IMG/VR virus record: IMGVR_UViG_3300021256_000085
Span: 21,736-85,735 of that record
Source of the DNA: a virus
Lineage: Duplodnaviria > Caudoviricetes
Direction: 5' to 3' (one strand)
Length of the DNA stretch: 64,000 bases
The translations under genes and the position numbers were made by a program. Positions 39,878 to 48,797 of this stretch are shown here, piece after piece. The notes beneath the pieces were generated by a model, which had not been told where the DNA came from, made no database searches, and saw only the letters and a program-made list of their open reading frames with translations. The stretch's first letter is position 1. Each line of letters begins with the position of its first letter.

Positions 39878-40930
39878 ATGGATAACTTAATTAATTATAT
39901 TAAAGAAGGTTTTATTGATGAGATGCTTGATAAAATTAATAATGAGATAATTACTGAATCTTTAAATGCTAAAGTATTACAGGAATTAGCTAAACAATTA
40001 ATAGATCAAGTAAATCAAGAGAAAAAAGAAAAAGAAAAAGACTCTTATAAAAGTATTTATAATCATACATTCAAAAATGTTTTTGGTGAATCTCACATAG
40101 TTTGGGATAAGATTTCTGATAGTGATATTCAAGAAATTGAACCACAATCATGGGATGTGAAGAAAACTAAGATTGCTAATGAGAAACTTATTAGAAGTGT
40201 TATTAAAGGAGATAAAAATTCTATTATATTTAGTCGTGATCCGGAAACTAAACAATTTGAATATGTGATCTTGACTTGGGGTCAAGTATATACTTTAAAA
40301 CCATTATGGGGTCAAGCCGCTGGTAGAAGACTTGGAAGTGGATATGGAAGACATTTTAAAGATTTAACCCAACGAGAGAAAATTGATTTGTTCCAAAATA
40401 AAATTGTTTATGTTATTGATAAAGTTCAATTTGATTCAACAAAAATTAAAACAGATCGATACAATAATCGACAAGGAATGATTAATTTTGATAAATATTC
40501 ATTATCTAAAATTGCCCAAGACAATAAGGATAGATATAAAAAAATAATATCACAAAATAAAGCTAAAAATGCATCTAATGATCAATTATTAGAAGAAACT
40601 ACTGAAATAATTAATAAAATTACGGAAATTACTGTCAAAGTTGCTAAGAATCCAATTAAATATTTAGATATTTATTATGATGTTCAATCATTATCTAAGT
40701 TAGTTTATGATGAGAAAAAATATGTAGAACCAACTAGATATAATAAAAAAGGATATTATACTGGATTGAATGGATTACTTAGATTAGTTGCTAAATATAT
40801 TGAAGCAGTTAAAGATAGTAAAGCCGGATATTCTTGGGGTACACAACAAATGGATAATACAGTTAAAGAAATCAAAGAAAGAATTCAAAAAGCTAAAGAG
40901 TTAATTGATAAGATTGAAGAACTGATGTAA
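39878..40930 (+). CDS. hypothetical protein with leader-like MDNLINYIKE
   Basis: 350-aa ORF in the neck operon; early IITE/SLNA motif. Confidence 0.6.
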   Translation: MDNLINYIKEGFIDEMLDKINNEIITESLNAKVLQELAKQLIDQVNQEKKEKEKDSYKSIYNHTFKNVFGESHIVWDKISDSDIQEIEPQSWDVKKTKIANEKLIRSVIKGDKNSIIFSRDPETKQFEYVILTWGQVYTLKPLWGQAAGRRLGSGYGRHFKDLTQREKIDLFQNKIVYVIDKVQFDSTKIKTDRYNNRQGMINFDKYSLSKIAQDNKDRYKKIISQNKAKNASNDQLLEETTEIINKITEITVKVAKNPIKYLDIYYDVQSLSKLVYDEKKYVEPTRYNKKGYYTGLNGLLRLVAKYIEAVKDSKAGYSWGTQQMDNTVKEIKERIQKAKELIDKIEELM

Positions 40931-41041
40931 ATATCTTAAAAAAATTATTATAGGCATATCTAGGACGCCCACAGAGAGCGGAATAATATCTCAATGATAA
41001 ATTATATATTTTAATAATTAAAACTCATTTAAAACGTAAAT

Positions 41042-41079
41042 AAAGGAAGAATCTTAAAATAAAGATTTCTTCCTTTTTT
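41042..41079 (+). terminator. intrinsic terminator
   Basis: AAAGGAAGAATCTT / AAGATTTCTTCCTTT plus T-run. Confidence 0.7.
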
Positions 41080-41134
41080 AAATTTTTTCTAATTAAAATC
41101 TATATATAAAAATATAGAACATAAATATAAAATA

Positions 41135-42004
41135 ATGATAAATATATACCCAAAAATATTAATTATTCCAGATGTTCATGGTAGGACATTTTGGAAATCA
41201 GCTATAGATCAATTTCCATATGATCTATATCCTGATTTAGTGATTATTTTCTTAGGAGATTATTTAGATCCATATACCGGATATGAAGATATAACACCTA
41301 AAGATGCTTATGAGAATTTCTTAGAGATATTGGATTATGCAAAAAAAGATAATCGTATAGAACTGTTGATTGGAAATCATGATTGGCATTATTTTGTCAA
41401 TTTAGATACTTGTCGACTAGATAGAGCTCGTTCTAGAGATATTGAAAAATTATTTATAAACAATCTTCAAAAATTTAGATTATCTAAAATTCATGAAGTA
41501 AATGGGATTAATTTCTTATTTAGTCATGCTGGATATACAAATGGATTCTTACATGATATTAGTGATTTAGCTTTATCTGAAATTCAAAGATGGAATCCAG
41601 GTAACATAGATCCTTCTAAAGATGAAAAATATCAATGGATTTTGAAAGTCTCTCAAATTCGGCAAACTTTGGATTTTGAAATATTTGAGAAATGTCTTCA
41701 AAATTATGATAATCCATTTTATAGTTGTATTCCGAGTATGGTATCTAGATATAGAGGTGGATGGAATAATAGTGGTTCAATGATATGGGCAGATATACAT
41801 GAACATATGGAACATATATATCATATTAAAGAATTTGATGAGAAATACTATCAAATATTTGCCCATACAATATCTTTTCCGAATGACTCACAATATGATT
41901 ATTATATTGGACAATTTTATGCTATGTTAGATGCAAGTCAAGCATTTATTATAAATAATGAAGGTACAATCAAATTATTAAATGATAAAAATTATGAGAA
42001 GTAA
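41135..42004 (+). CDS. calcineurin-like metallophosphoesterase
   Basis: PDVHG; GDYLD; GNHD; FSHAG; FAHT. Confidence 0.85.
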   Translation: MINIYPKILIIPDVHGRTFWKSAIDQFPYDLYPDLVIIFLGDYLDPYTGYEDITPKDAYENFLEILDYAKKDNRIELLIGNHDWHYFVNLDTCRLDRARSRDIEKLFINNLQKFRLSKIHEVNGINFLFSHAGYTNGFLHDISDLALSEIQRWNPGNIDPSKDEKYQWILKVSQIRQTLDFEIFEKCLQNYDNPFYSCIPSMVSRYRGGWNNSGSMIWADIHEHMEHIYHIKEFDEKYYQIFAHTISFPNDSQYDYYIGQFYAMLDASQAFIINNEGTIKLLNDKNYEK

Positions 42005-42236
42005 AAAAGAAAGAATTTTATCTAAAATCAAGGAATTTAATAAAAGACTTAAAAATTGTAAAGCATCTTGGTGGTATAATAAATCTGATATTGATACAAT
42101 CAAACAACATACTGATATACCACATAGTTTAGGTTCAAATTATTTAAATAAATATGATACAAAGAAAATAAGAAATAAAAGAAATCGTCTCAAAAATAAA
42201 ATAGATTTGAAAATGGAATTGGAAGATTTTGATTAA
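41982..42236 (+). CDS. basic hypothetical protein
   Basis: ORF track. Confidence 0.5.
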   Translation: MIKIMRSKKERILSKIKEFNKRLKNCKASWWYNKSDIDTIKQHTDIPHSLGSNYLNKYDTKKIRNKRNRLKNKIDLKMELEDFD

Positions 42237-42245
42237 TCTTCCAAT

Positions 42246-42560
42246 TTATTTTTTAATGAAGAATGGATTATCTTTAAGACTATTAATAATTTGTTCACAT
42301 TCATTACAGACAGCTTTAAAATTAATTACTTGTGAAGCATTTAAATCAAACCACTCATTTTTTACATTTGATGTCTTATATTTAGCATGCATCATTTGTT
42401 CTACTTTTAATGGGTAGTTAGTTTCATAATATGAACGAACCCATATTTCATTTGGATTACCTGTTTGTAATTCTTTAATTCTTTTGGTTATATCTTTTTG
42501 TTTAGTCATTCCTATTTTGAATTTTTCACCATCACAAAGTAAATAAACAAACCCTTGCAC
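42246..42560 (-). CDS. GIY-YIG (T5orf172/MUG113-like) protein
   Basis: GFVYLL...FKIGMT...KRIKELQTGNP...EWF; GTG start. Confidence 0.8.
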   Translation of the reverse strand: MQGFVYLLCDGEKFKIGMTKQKDITKRIKELQTGNPNEIWVRSYYETNYPLKVEQMMHAKYKTSNVKNEWFDLNASQVINFKAVCNECEQIINSLKDNPFFIKK

Positions 42561-42702
42561 TTTTATTATCTAATTATTTAATTTATTAAAAATAAGAAAT
42601 TTTAATTATATTTCATCATATTTTATAATTATTTTTGAAACATAGTTTAAATTTATTATTCACAAATACTATATTATCATATCATTTAAATAAATTAAAA
42701 AT

Positions 42703-42939
42703 ATGGCAAAAGATATTCGTGACCTTACAATTGGTGAAATTGAAGATTTACTTTTGAAGCAATATTCTAAAGTAAAAAATGCAAATTATTGGCGTTGGGA
42801 TAAGAAAAACAATGCTCTTAATACATTTGGAGATTTGACTGACGCTATCATTACCATTAAAAAGAACAACCGTTTTATTAATGATGATGAATATATTGAG
42901 AGTGTAATTAAAGATTTTCAAGAAGAAGATTATATTTAA
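42703..42939 (+). CDS. hypothetical protein
   Basis: ORF track; CTATATT at 42669. Confidence 0.6.
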   Translation: MAKDIRDLTIGEIEDLLLKQYSKVKNANYWRWDKKNNALNTFGDLTDAIITIKKNNRFINDDEYIESVIKDFQEEDYI

Positions 42940-42952
42940 ATTTAGTTTAAAT

Positions 42953-43138
42953 ATGAAAGCAAAAGTTGGAGATAAAATTCGTATCATTAAAATGTGTGAT
43001 GACCTTTCTGGTATTGAATATGAAGGTCGTGAAGGAATTATTGAATATATTGATAGTATGAATCAGCTTCACGGAACGTGGGGAGGTTTGGCTATTATTC
43101 CAGGTGTTGACTTTTTTGAAATCATTAATGAAGAATAA
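42953..43138 (+). CDS. DUF4314-like protein
   Basis: VGDKIRIIKMCDD...GIIEYIDSMNQLHGTWGGLAIIPGVD. Confidence 0.6.
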   Translation: MKAKVGDKIRIIKMCDDLSGIEYEGREGIIEYIDSMNQLHGTWGGLAIIPGVDFFEIINEE

Positions 43139-43161
43139 AAAGATTTTGTAAAAGATAATTT

Positions 43162-43332
43162 ATGCTAAGTAAATTTTTTAAGTATACACTAATTATTTTA
43201 ATGTTCATATTAAATTGCTATCTTTGGTATGCTGCAATTAATGTTATTGAAGGACATGAGGCCGCAGGTATGACTGGACTTTGGGCTGCAATAATGGATG
43301 TGTTTTTTATGTACATAATTTTAAAAAATTAA
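43162..43332 (+). CDS. small 2-TM membrane protein (56 aa)
   Basis: Translated by hand: MLSKFFKYTLIILMFILNCYLWYAA... Confidence 0.5.
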   Translation: MLSKFFKYTLIILMFILNCYLWYAAINVIEGHEAAGMTGLWAAIMDVFFMYIILKN

Positions 43333-43336
43333 TAAT

Positions 43337-43600
43337 ATGAAAAAGATTTTAGTTTTGATTATTTCGTTAGTTTGCTTGACAAGTTGTGAACAAATGATTA
43401 CTAAGGAATTGGGTGGAACCACTACTATTACTCTTGAGAAGGGTGAGAAACTTGTTGAAGCCACTTGGAAGAGTAATGGTAATCTTTGGTATTTAGTTGA
43501 ACCTATGGATTCTGACTATGTTCCAAAGACTAAAATATTCAAAGAAAGTTCACTTTATGGTGTTATGGAAGGTAAAGTAATTTTTGTAGAAAACAAATAA
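43337..43600 (+). CDS. lipoprotein
   Basis: Signal MKKILVLIISLVCLTSC with lipobox. Confidence 0.7.
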   Translation: MKKILVLIISLVCLTSCEQMITKELGGTTTITLEKGEKLVEATWKSNGNLWYLVEPMDSDYVPKTKIFKESSLYGVMEGKVIFVENK

Positions 43601-43604
43601 AATT

Positions 43605-44012
43605 ATGAATATCTGTAACTATTTTAATGAAGAGATTAAAAGAAATATTCTTAGTGAAAAAGAATATAATGGTGAACATTCAATTTTATCTCGAGTTGAT
43701 TGGAGAAATATAAAGGAAGCATATAAAGAGCATTATACCCCAGAGCAACTTCAATATCTTTTTGCCCATAATTTGCTTCGAGAATATGTAAAAACTGGTG
43801 CTGTTTGGGAACGCCCTTATTCAGAATATTGGGAATTCACAGATAAAGGAAAATCTTTACGCAAATGGTATAATCGTGAATCTCTTTGGAAATATTTCTA
43901 TTATAAATCTCAAATTTATATGCTAAAGTATTATTGGCAAAAATTTAGGATTAAATGTGGACATCGATATCCTTGGCAGGAATATGAAGGTGTAGATATT
44001 AGTGAAATTTAA
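43605..44012 (+). CDS. hypothetical protein
   Basis: ORF track. Confidence 0.6.
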   Translation: MNICNYFNEEIKRNILSEKEYNGEHSILSRVDWRNIKEAYKEHYTPEQLQYLFAHNLLREYVKTGAVWERPYSEYWEFTDKGKSLRKWYNRESLWKYFYYKSQIYMLKYYWQKFRIKCGHRYPWQEYEGVDISEI

Positions 44013-44025
44013 AAAATAAAAAAGT

Positions 44026-44205
44026 ATGAAAACATTTTCCGATATGATTTTTGGTGCATGTGTAATGTGTCTTATATATAATATTATATTTATTTTTCAA
44101 GATAAAGCAAATTCAATAACTTATGTTGCATTGCTTTTTCTTGTGATATATTTTATACTTGAAATTTCACGTAGGGTATTTGATAAAGAAAATGAGGATT
44201 ATTAA
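44026..44205 (+). CDS. small 2-TM membrane protein (59 aa)
   Basis: Translated by hand: MKTFSDMIFGACVMCLIYNII... Confidence 0.5.
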   Translation: MKTFSDMIFGACVMCLIYNIIFIFQDKANSITYVALLFLVIYFILEISRRVFDKENEDY

Positions 44206-44219
44206 TTAATCCTCATTTT
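44189..44219. terminator. bidirectional hairpin over convergent stop codons
   Basis: AAAATGAGGATTA / TAATCCTCATTTT. Confidence 0.65.
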
Positions 44220-44390
44220 CTTTTTTAGTTTTTTATATTTTTTGATTTTTTTATCAACAATATCTAATGGTTGTAGAATATCACCAGATCCAACTTCTCC
44301 ATTTATCCCTGGAGGACTTACATTTCCCATTCCGGTAGTATTCATTGGAGTTGCAAATAATTCTTCTAAATAAGTCTTAAGATTTTTCAT
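44202..44390 (-). CDS. small protein with leader MKNLKTYLEE
   Basis: ORF track; shared leader. Confidence 0.6.
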   Translation of the reverse strand: MKNLKTYLEELFATPMNTTGMGNVSPPGINGEVGSGDILQPLDIVDKKIKKYKKLKKKMRIN

Positions 44391-46059
44391 TTGATTTGTT
44401 TTCTTTATGATTTCTTTCTTCAGCAGCTTTTTTAGATTTTTCTATTGCTAATTGGTTGAATTCATATAGAAGACTATCATCTAATATATGTTTTTGTCCT
44501 GGATTAATCAAATATCCCATCTTACTCATTACATCTCGATTAATAAGTACTTTTTGTTTTTTATTACGATTATCTACTAAAGCAAATTCCGCATTTAATA
44601 ATTTACGTGAACCAATTCTTATACATGGAATTTCCACAGTTACTCTTTCTTCAACATTTTGACCAACTATAGCATTTGATTGTCCAACCAATTTAAAAGT
44701 ATATTCTTTTCCTTCTATTGTTGCAAAAACTTTATGACCTTTTTGCTCAACTTTCTCACAACCAATAGTAGATGCTTTAGCACCATTACCGGTATCAAAC
44801 TTAGCTTCAAACTCAACTTCTGATTCATCGGTATCTGATAAAGTAAAATACACATTTTCTAGATATCCAATAGCTTTTGGCTCTAATACTAATTGATTAA
44901 TATCATTAATCTCATTTAATAGTATTTCCATAAAATTATCACCAATCACTTCTGAAATACCATCAGTACCAGGTGAAGCATTATATTCAAGAACTACATT
45001 ATCACCTATCTCTGGATTACTATCATGTACTAAAGGCATAATATCTACAGCACACCATGGCATACGAGATATCTTAGCTACTTTCAAAGCAATCTCTTCT
45101 TGTTCTGGAGTTAATTTAACTGATTCAGCGGTTGCACCTAAAGAAACATTAGAACGGAAATCTCCACTAATCTTCACACGTTTCATAGCAGCTAATATTT
45201 TTTGTTCTGTACGCATAGTCAATACATGCACACGAATATCACCACCATCAGCTTCTTCTTTCTTTTGTAACAATAATTCACGTTCAGGATCTATTGCAAA
45301 TATAGCTTGAAGAATAGAAAGAATAGTTTTTCCGTTCACCATAAATACACCAGTTCCACCATGGCCATCAAGAATTTTAATGACATATTCTTTTTTCTTG
45401 TCAGCATTCTCATCTTCACCTACATCTTTATAAATCAATTTAAGTTTCTTTTGTAATGACTCTTCTCCTTTAGCGATATCATTAGCTGAAAGTAATGTGA
45501 ATTTAGGTTGTGGAATATTATATCTTTCCATCAATACCGCTGAAGTGTATTTATTAGATGCACGTTGAGCAGCTTGTATAGGATTAAGAACAAAAAATCC
45601 CCAATCTTGAAGTTCTTTAATAAGTTCAATACACTCTTCAGAATCTTGGGCACCTAAACGAGTGATTACAATAGTATCAACATTTGATTGAACATCAATA
45701 GTATATTTATTGACATTATCATGAAACTTGATTTTTTTATCTGTAGCTTTGTAATCTATTTCTTCAGCAATAAAAGGATATAGTTTTACTCCTTTACCTT
45801 TAATAGCTTCTTCTAAATTCTTCAATGTTTTGTTAGATTTAGAATCTCTATCATTTGTAAAGAAAATAATATTCTTGAAGAAAAAATCCTTCTCATCATT
45901 TTCATCATTCTCTTCAACAATCAAATTATCTGAATTTTGATTTTCCTTTTCTAGAAGTAACTTATTTTCTTCTTTAAGTTTCTTATTAACTACTTTAAAT
46001 ACTTCAGAAATCACCTTTGGATCTCTATAATCAATATATTCATTTGAAAATTTCTTCAT
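44377..46059 (-). CDS. RimK-family ATP-grasp ligase fused to C-terminal retropepsin-like protease domain
   Basis: ASNKY...IPQPKF; VIKILDGHGGTGV; DIRVHV; GDFRSNVSLGA; AVDI; LEYNASPG; C-terminal AKFDTGNG...VLINRD. Confidence 0.85.
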   Translation of the reverse strand: MKKFSNEYIDYRDPKVISEVFKVVNKKLKEENKLLLEKENQNSDNLIVEENDENDEKDFFFKNIIFFTNDRDSKSNKTLKNLEEAIKGKGVKLYPFIAEEIDYKATDKKIKFHDNVNKYTIDVQSNVDTIVITRLGAQDSEECIELIKELQDWGFFVLNPIQAAQRASNKYTSAVLMERYNIPQPKFTLLSANDIAKGEESLQKKLKLIYKDVGEDENADKKKEYVIKILDGHGGTGVFMVNGKTILSILQAIFAIDPERELLLQKKEEADGGDIRVHVLTMRTEQKILAAMKRVKISGDFRSNVSLGATAESVKLTPEQEEIALKVAKISRMPWCAVDIMPLVHDSNPEIGDNVVLEYNASPGTDGISEVIGDNFMEILLNEINDINQLVLEPKAIGYLENVYFTLSDTDESEVEFEAKFDTGNGAKASTIGCEKVEQKGHKVFATIEGKEYTFKLVGQSNAIVGQNVEERVTVEIPCIRIGSRKLLNAEFALVDNRNKKQKVLINRDVMSKMGYLINPGQKHILDDSLLYEFNQLAIEKSKKAAEERNHKENKSNEKS

Positions 46060-46120
46060 ACTATTATATAAGATTTTGTTTAATTATTTATATATAAAAA
46101 TAATTTTTTAAGATACAAAA

Positions 46121-46157
46121 AATAAAAGGTACCTATTTAAATAGATACCTTTTTATT
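46121..46157 (-). terminator. terminator hairpin downstream of 46177..47463
   Basis: AATAAAAGGTA..CTATTT / AATAG..TACCTTTT imperfect stem. Confidence 0.55.
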
Positions 46158-46176
46158 TATAAAATATTTTAATTGA

Positions 46177-47463
46177 TTATTTACTTTCAAGTATTGCTAA
46201 ATCTTTGGCTACTTTATTTAAAAGAGCAATCTTAATAGGGTCATTCTTATATTGTTCAGCAAGCATTGCAATCTTTTTCTTACGAATTGTATATTGTGCT
46301 TCTTTGTTAGCTTCTAATTGTTCTTTGATTTCTTGTGCTTGTGGATCTAATTTCTTCATGTCTTCATTGATACGATCTTCAAACATAGGTTTCAAATCAA
46401 TTCCTGTCAACTTGATAACTTCATTCAAAGCTTCAACCATATAATCATAAGTATAACTACCACTTCCTTGTTTAATATTACGATAAACTGTTAAATTAAC
46501 ATTATCTTTAGCTTCAATGATTGCACAAATAGTGTTGTTGTTAGTTGTCAATACTTTTACATTATCTAATGAAACAATATTGTCAAATGCTTCAAATACT
46601 TCACTAATTGAGCTGGTTAAATTCATGAATGATAATTTCTCATTCATATTCATTATCTTAGAGATTGTATTACAATATTCTTGGAACTTAATATGATTTT
46701 CAAATGTTTCATTAATATCTTTACCTAAACCCTTTCTTGTAAATGTCAAACCGTTTTCATTAATTTCAAAGCGTAATTTGTCACCATGGGCACCTTGTGA
46801 TTCAATAAAGATACCACCATTTTCACTTAATTGATATCCATTACTTAATAATGAATTTATTCTTGCAAATTTCTTATCATCACAATTACTTTCAACAATT
46901 TTATTATCTTCAATCTTAAATGTCTTTCCAAGAACATTGAAATACTGTGATTTGTCCTCATTTACATATACATAACTAATTGGATTCATTACTGTATAGT
47001 TAGGAGCTTGCATCTCTGTGATTTGTGTCTTGTAAACTTCTTTGCAAACTGATCTAAACTCAGGAATATATTGAATGTTCTTCAAAACACCAGCTTTAAT
47101 ATAAGATACAACATCTGATTCATTCATTTCAAGTAATTTCTTTACTTGTTCAACACCAATCTTGTTAATATAGTTATATTTACTATTATTAGCTTCAATT
47201 GATTCACATGCAGATGCTAATTTCCAACTAATGTTATTCTCATTAATATATTCTTTTACAGATTCCAATATATTGTTCAAACCTGTGTCAAAACTACATT
47301 TAGAAGCTTCAAGTACAAAGCCATTTACAATTCCACATGTAGGAGCATTAGTATACATGTATGCTCTATAAGTTTTTAGTATTTCCTTACCTGCTTCAGT
47401 AATAGCTTCAGTACTATTTAATTTTGTAGCAAAGTCAAGGTCTTTCAATAAATTTACACTCAT
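46177..47463 (-). CDS. hypothetical head protein, candidate prohead core/scaffold
   Basis: Unusually many [ILVMF]-x-E sites (ITE, VLE, ILE, INE x4, MNE x2, IVE, FIE, IIE, LNE). Confidence 0.35.
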   Translation of the reverse strand: MSVNLLKDLDFATKLNSTEAITEAGKEILKTYRAYMYTNAPTCGIVNGFVLEASKCSFDTGLNNILESVKEYINENNISWKLASACESIEANNSKYNYINKIGVEQVKKLLEMNESDVVSYIKAGVLKNIQYIPEFRSVCKEVYKTQITEMQAPNYTVMNPISYVYVNEDKSQYFNVLGKTFKIEDNKIVESNCDDKKFARINSLLSNGYQLSENGGIFIESQGAHGDKLRFEINENGLTFTRKGLGKDINETFENHIKFQEYCNTISKIMNMNEKLSFMNLTSSISEVFEAFDNIVSLDNVKVLTTNNNTICAIIEAKDNVNLTVYRNIKQGSGSYTYDYMVEALNEVIKLTGIDLKPMFEDRINEDMKKLDPQAQEIKEQLEANKEAQYTIRKKKIAMLAEQYKNDPIKIALLNKVAKDLAILESK

Positions 47464-47547
47464 ATGTATATATTTGGTATATTTATATTTATATTATTTT
47501 AAAATTATCTATATATAATAATAAATATTTTTTAAGTTTATATTTTA

Positions 47548-47832
47548 TTATAATCGATATCCAAGTTTTGTTGCAGCGGCAGTTACAATTAATCTTGAAG
47601 TCATTAGACTTCCTAATGCACCTTTAGGATCAATTCCCAAAACATTGCATATTGTTGTCATGACTTTAGGACCAAAAACTAAACCACCAGCAGCACCGGC
47701 AATAGCACCAACAATTCCTTCATCAATAGGTAAATTGTTTTCTTTAGCTTCATTTAATTTTTGGATAATTTCATCATAAACTAAAGATTCATTAATTTGA
47801 CAATCTTTATTTATTTCAGACATTGTTTTCAT
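47548..47832 (-). CDS. small protein with leader ending QINE and a Gly-zipper hydrophobic segment
   Basis: MKTMSEINKDCQINE...GIVGAIAGAAGGLVFG. Confidence 0.6.
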   Translation of the reverse strand: MKTMSEINKDCQINESLVYDEIIQKLNEAKENNLPIDEGIVGAIAGAAGGLVFGPKVMTTICNVLGIDPKGALGSLMTSRLIVTAAATKLGYRL

Positions 47833-48035
47833 ATTTCAATTTTATTTTCTTTCTTATTATAAATGATTTGGTCTTTAAATATGGTTGATAGATATCCATT
47901 TCTATTTACTTTTGCAACATGGATATTTGATCCATATTTTTTCTCTAACTCTTGTAAAATTAAAATTAAATTACATATTTCCATTCATTTAATAATAATT
48001 TAATATGTATTTATATATAAAAATAAAAAATATTA

Positions 48036-48794
48036 TTAGTTATCTTCCCATGTTTCGGACATATGTTTTTCACATTCTTTTTCTCTTTCTTTGTCTATTT
48101 CTAATGCCCCATATTTATTTTTTCGAACATCTGTATAAAAATCCTTTTCTAAATCTGATAGATAATCTTTTTGTTTAACAGGACCTAATTTATAGAATTT
48201 TTTCAAATTATTTTTAAATTCTTCAACTGGTAATAATTTTTTAGTAGCATTTGGTTTGACGACATAAACCATAGCCATTTTATATATTATTAATTTAGAT
48301 TTTCTTTCAACAGGAACCCGATTGATATATGCATTTTCAACATCATGTGTACCAGTTACATTCCAAGAATTATATTTTGTGAATAATCCTTTATCATCAG
48401 AAAGAATTAATGGCATATATATAGAGGGCATTCTTTTCATCAAAGTATCATATTTTGGTATTTTAGAACTCTGAAATGTTAATACAATTGCTGGATAATT
48501 TGAATTATATAGATATTTTTTATTAGTATAATTACCCTTATATTCACTTGATCCAATTTCATTTTCTGTGAAAAATGTTTTTGCATCCATCACTTCAATT
48601 TTAACTACATCCTTTTTAAGTGGACTTGATAAAAATGCTTCAATAATTGCATTCATATATATTTTAGATAATGCTTTGCAATTAGTGTGATTAATTATTT
48701 CAATACCTTCTTGATAAATTGGATTTTGTGATTTATGAATAATATTCTTACCTAAAACAAGTTTTTCATAAATATATGTATCTAATTTTTTCAT
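48036..48794 (-). CDS. hypothetical protein with extended leader MKKLDTYIYE-KLVLGKNIIHK
   Basis: Shared leader. Confidence 0.7.
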   Translation of the reverse strand: MKKLDTYIYEKLVLGKNIIHKSQNPIYQEGIEIINHTNCKALSKIYMNAIIEAFLSSPLKKDVVKIEVMDAKTFFTENEIGSSEYKGNYTNKKYLYNSNYPAIVLTFQSSKIPKYDTLMKRMPSIYMPLILSDDKGLFTKYNSWNVTGTHDVENAYINRVPVERKSKLIIYKMAMVYVVKPNATKKLLPVEEFKNNLKKFYKLGPVKQKDYLSDLEKDFYTDVRKNKYGALEIDKEREKECEKHMSETWEDN

Positions 48795-48797
48795 AAT

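Noticed and set aside
41103-41114. Eighth TATTTTTATATA copy (minus strand)
   Set aside because: It points at a terminator with no gene downstream on that strand and overlaps the AT-rich upstream region of the phosphoesterase; likely chance.
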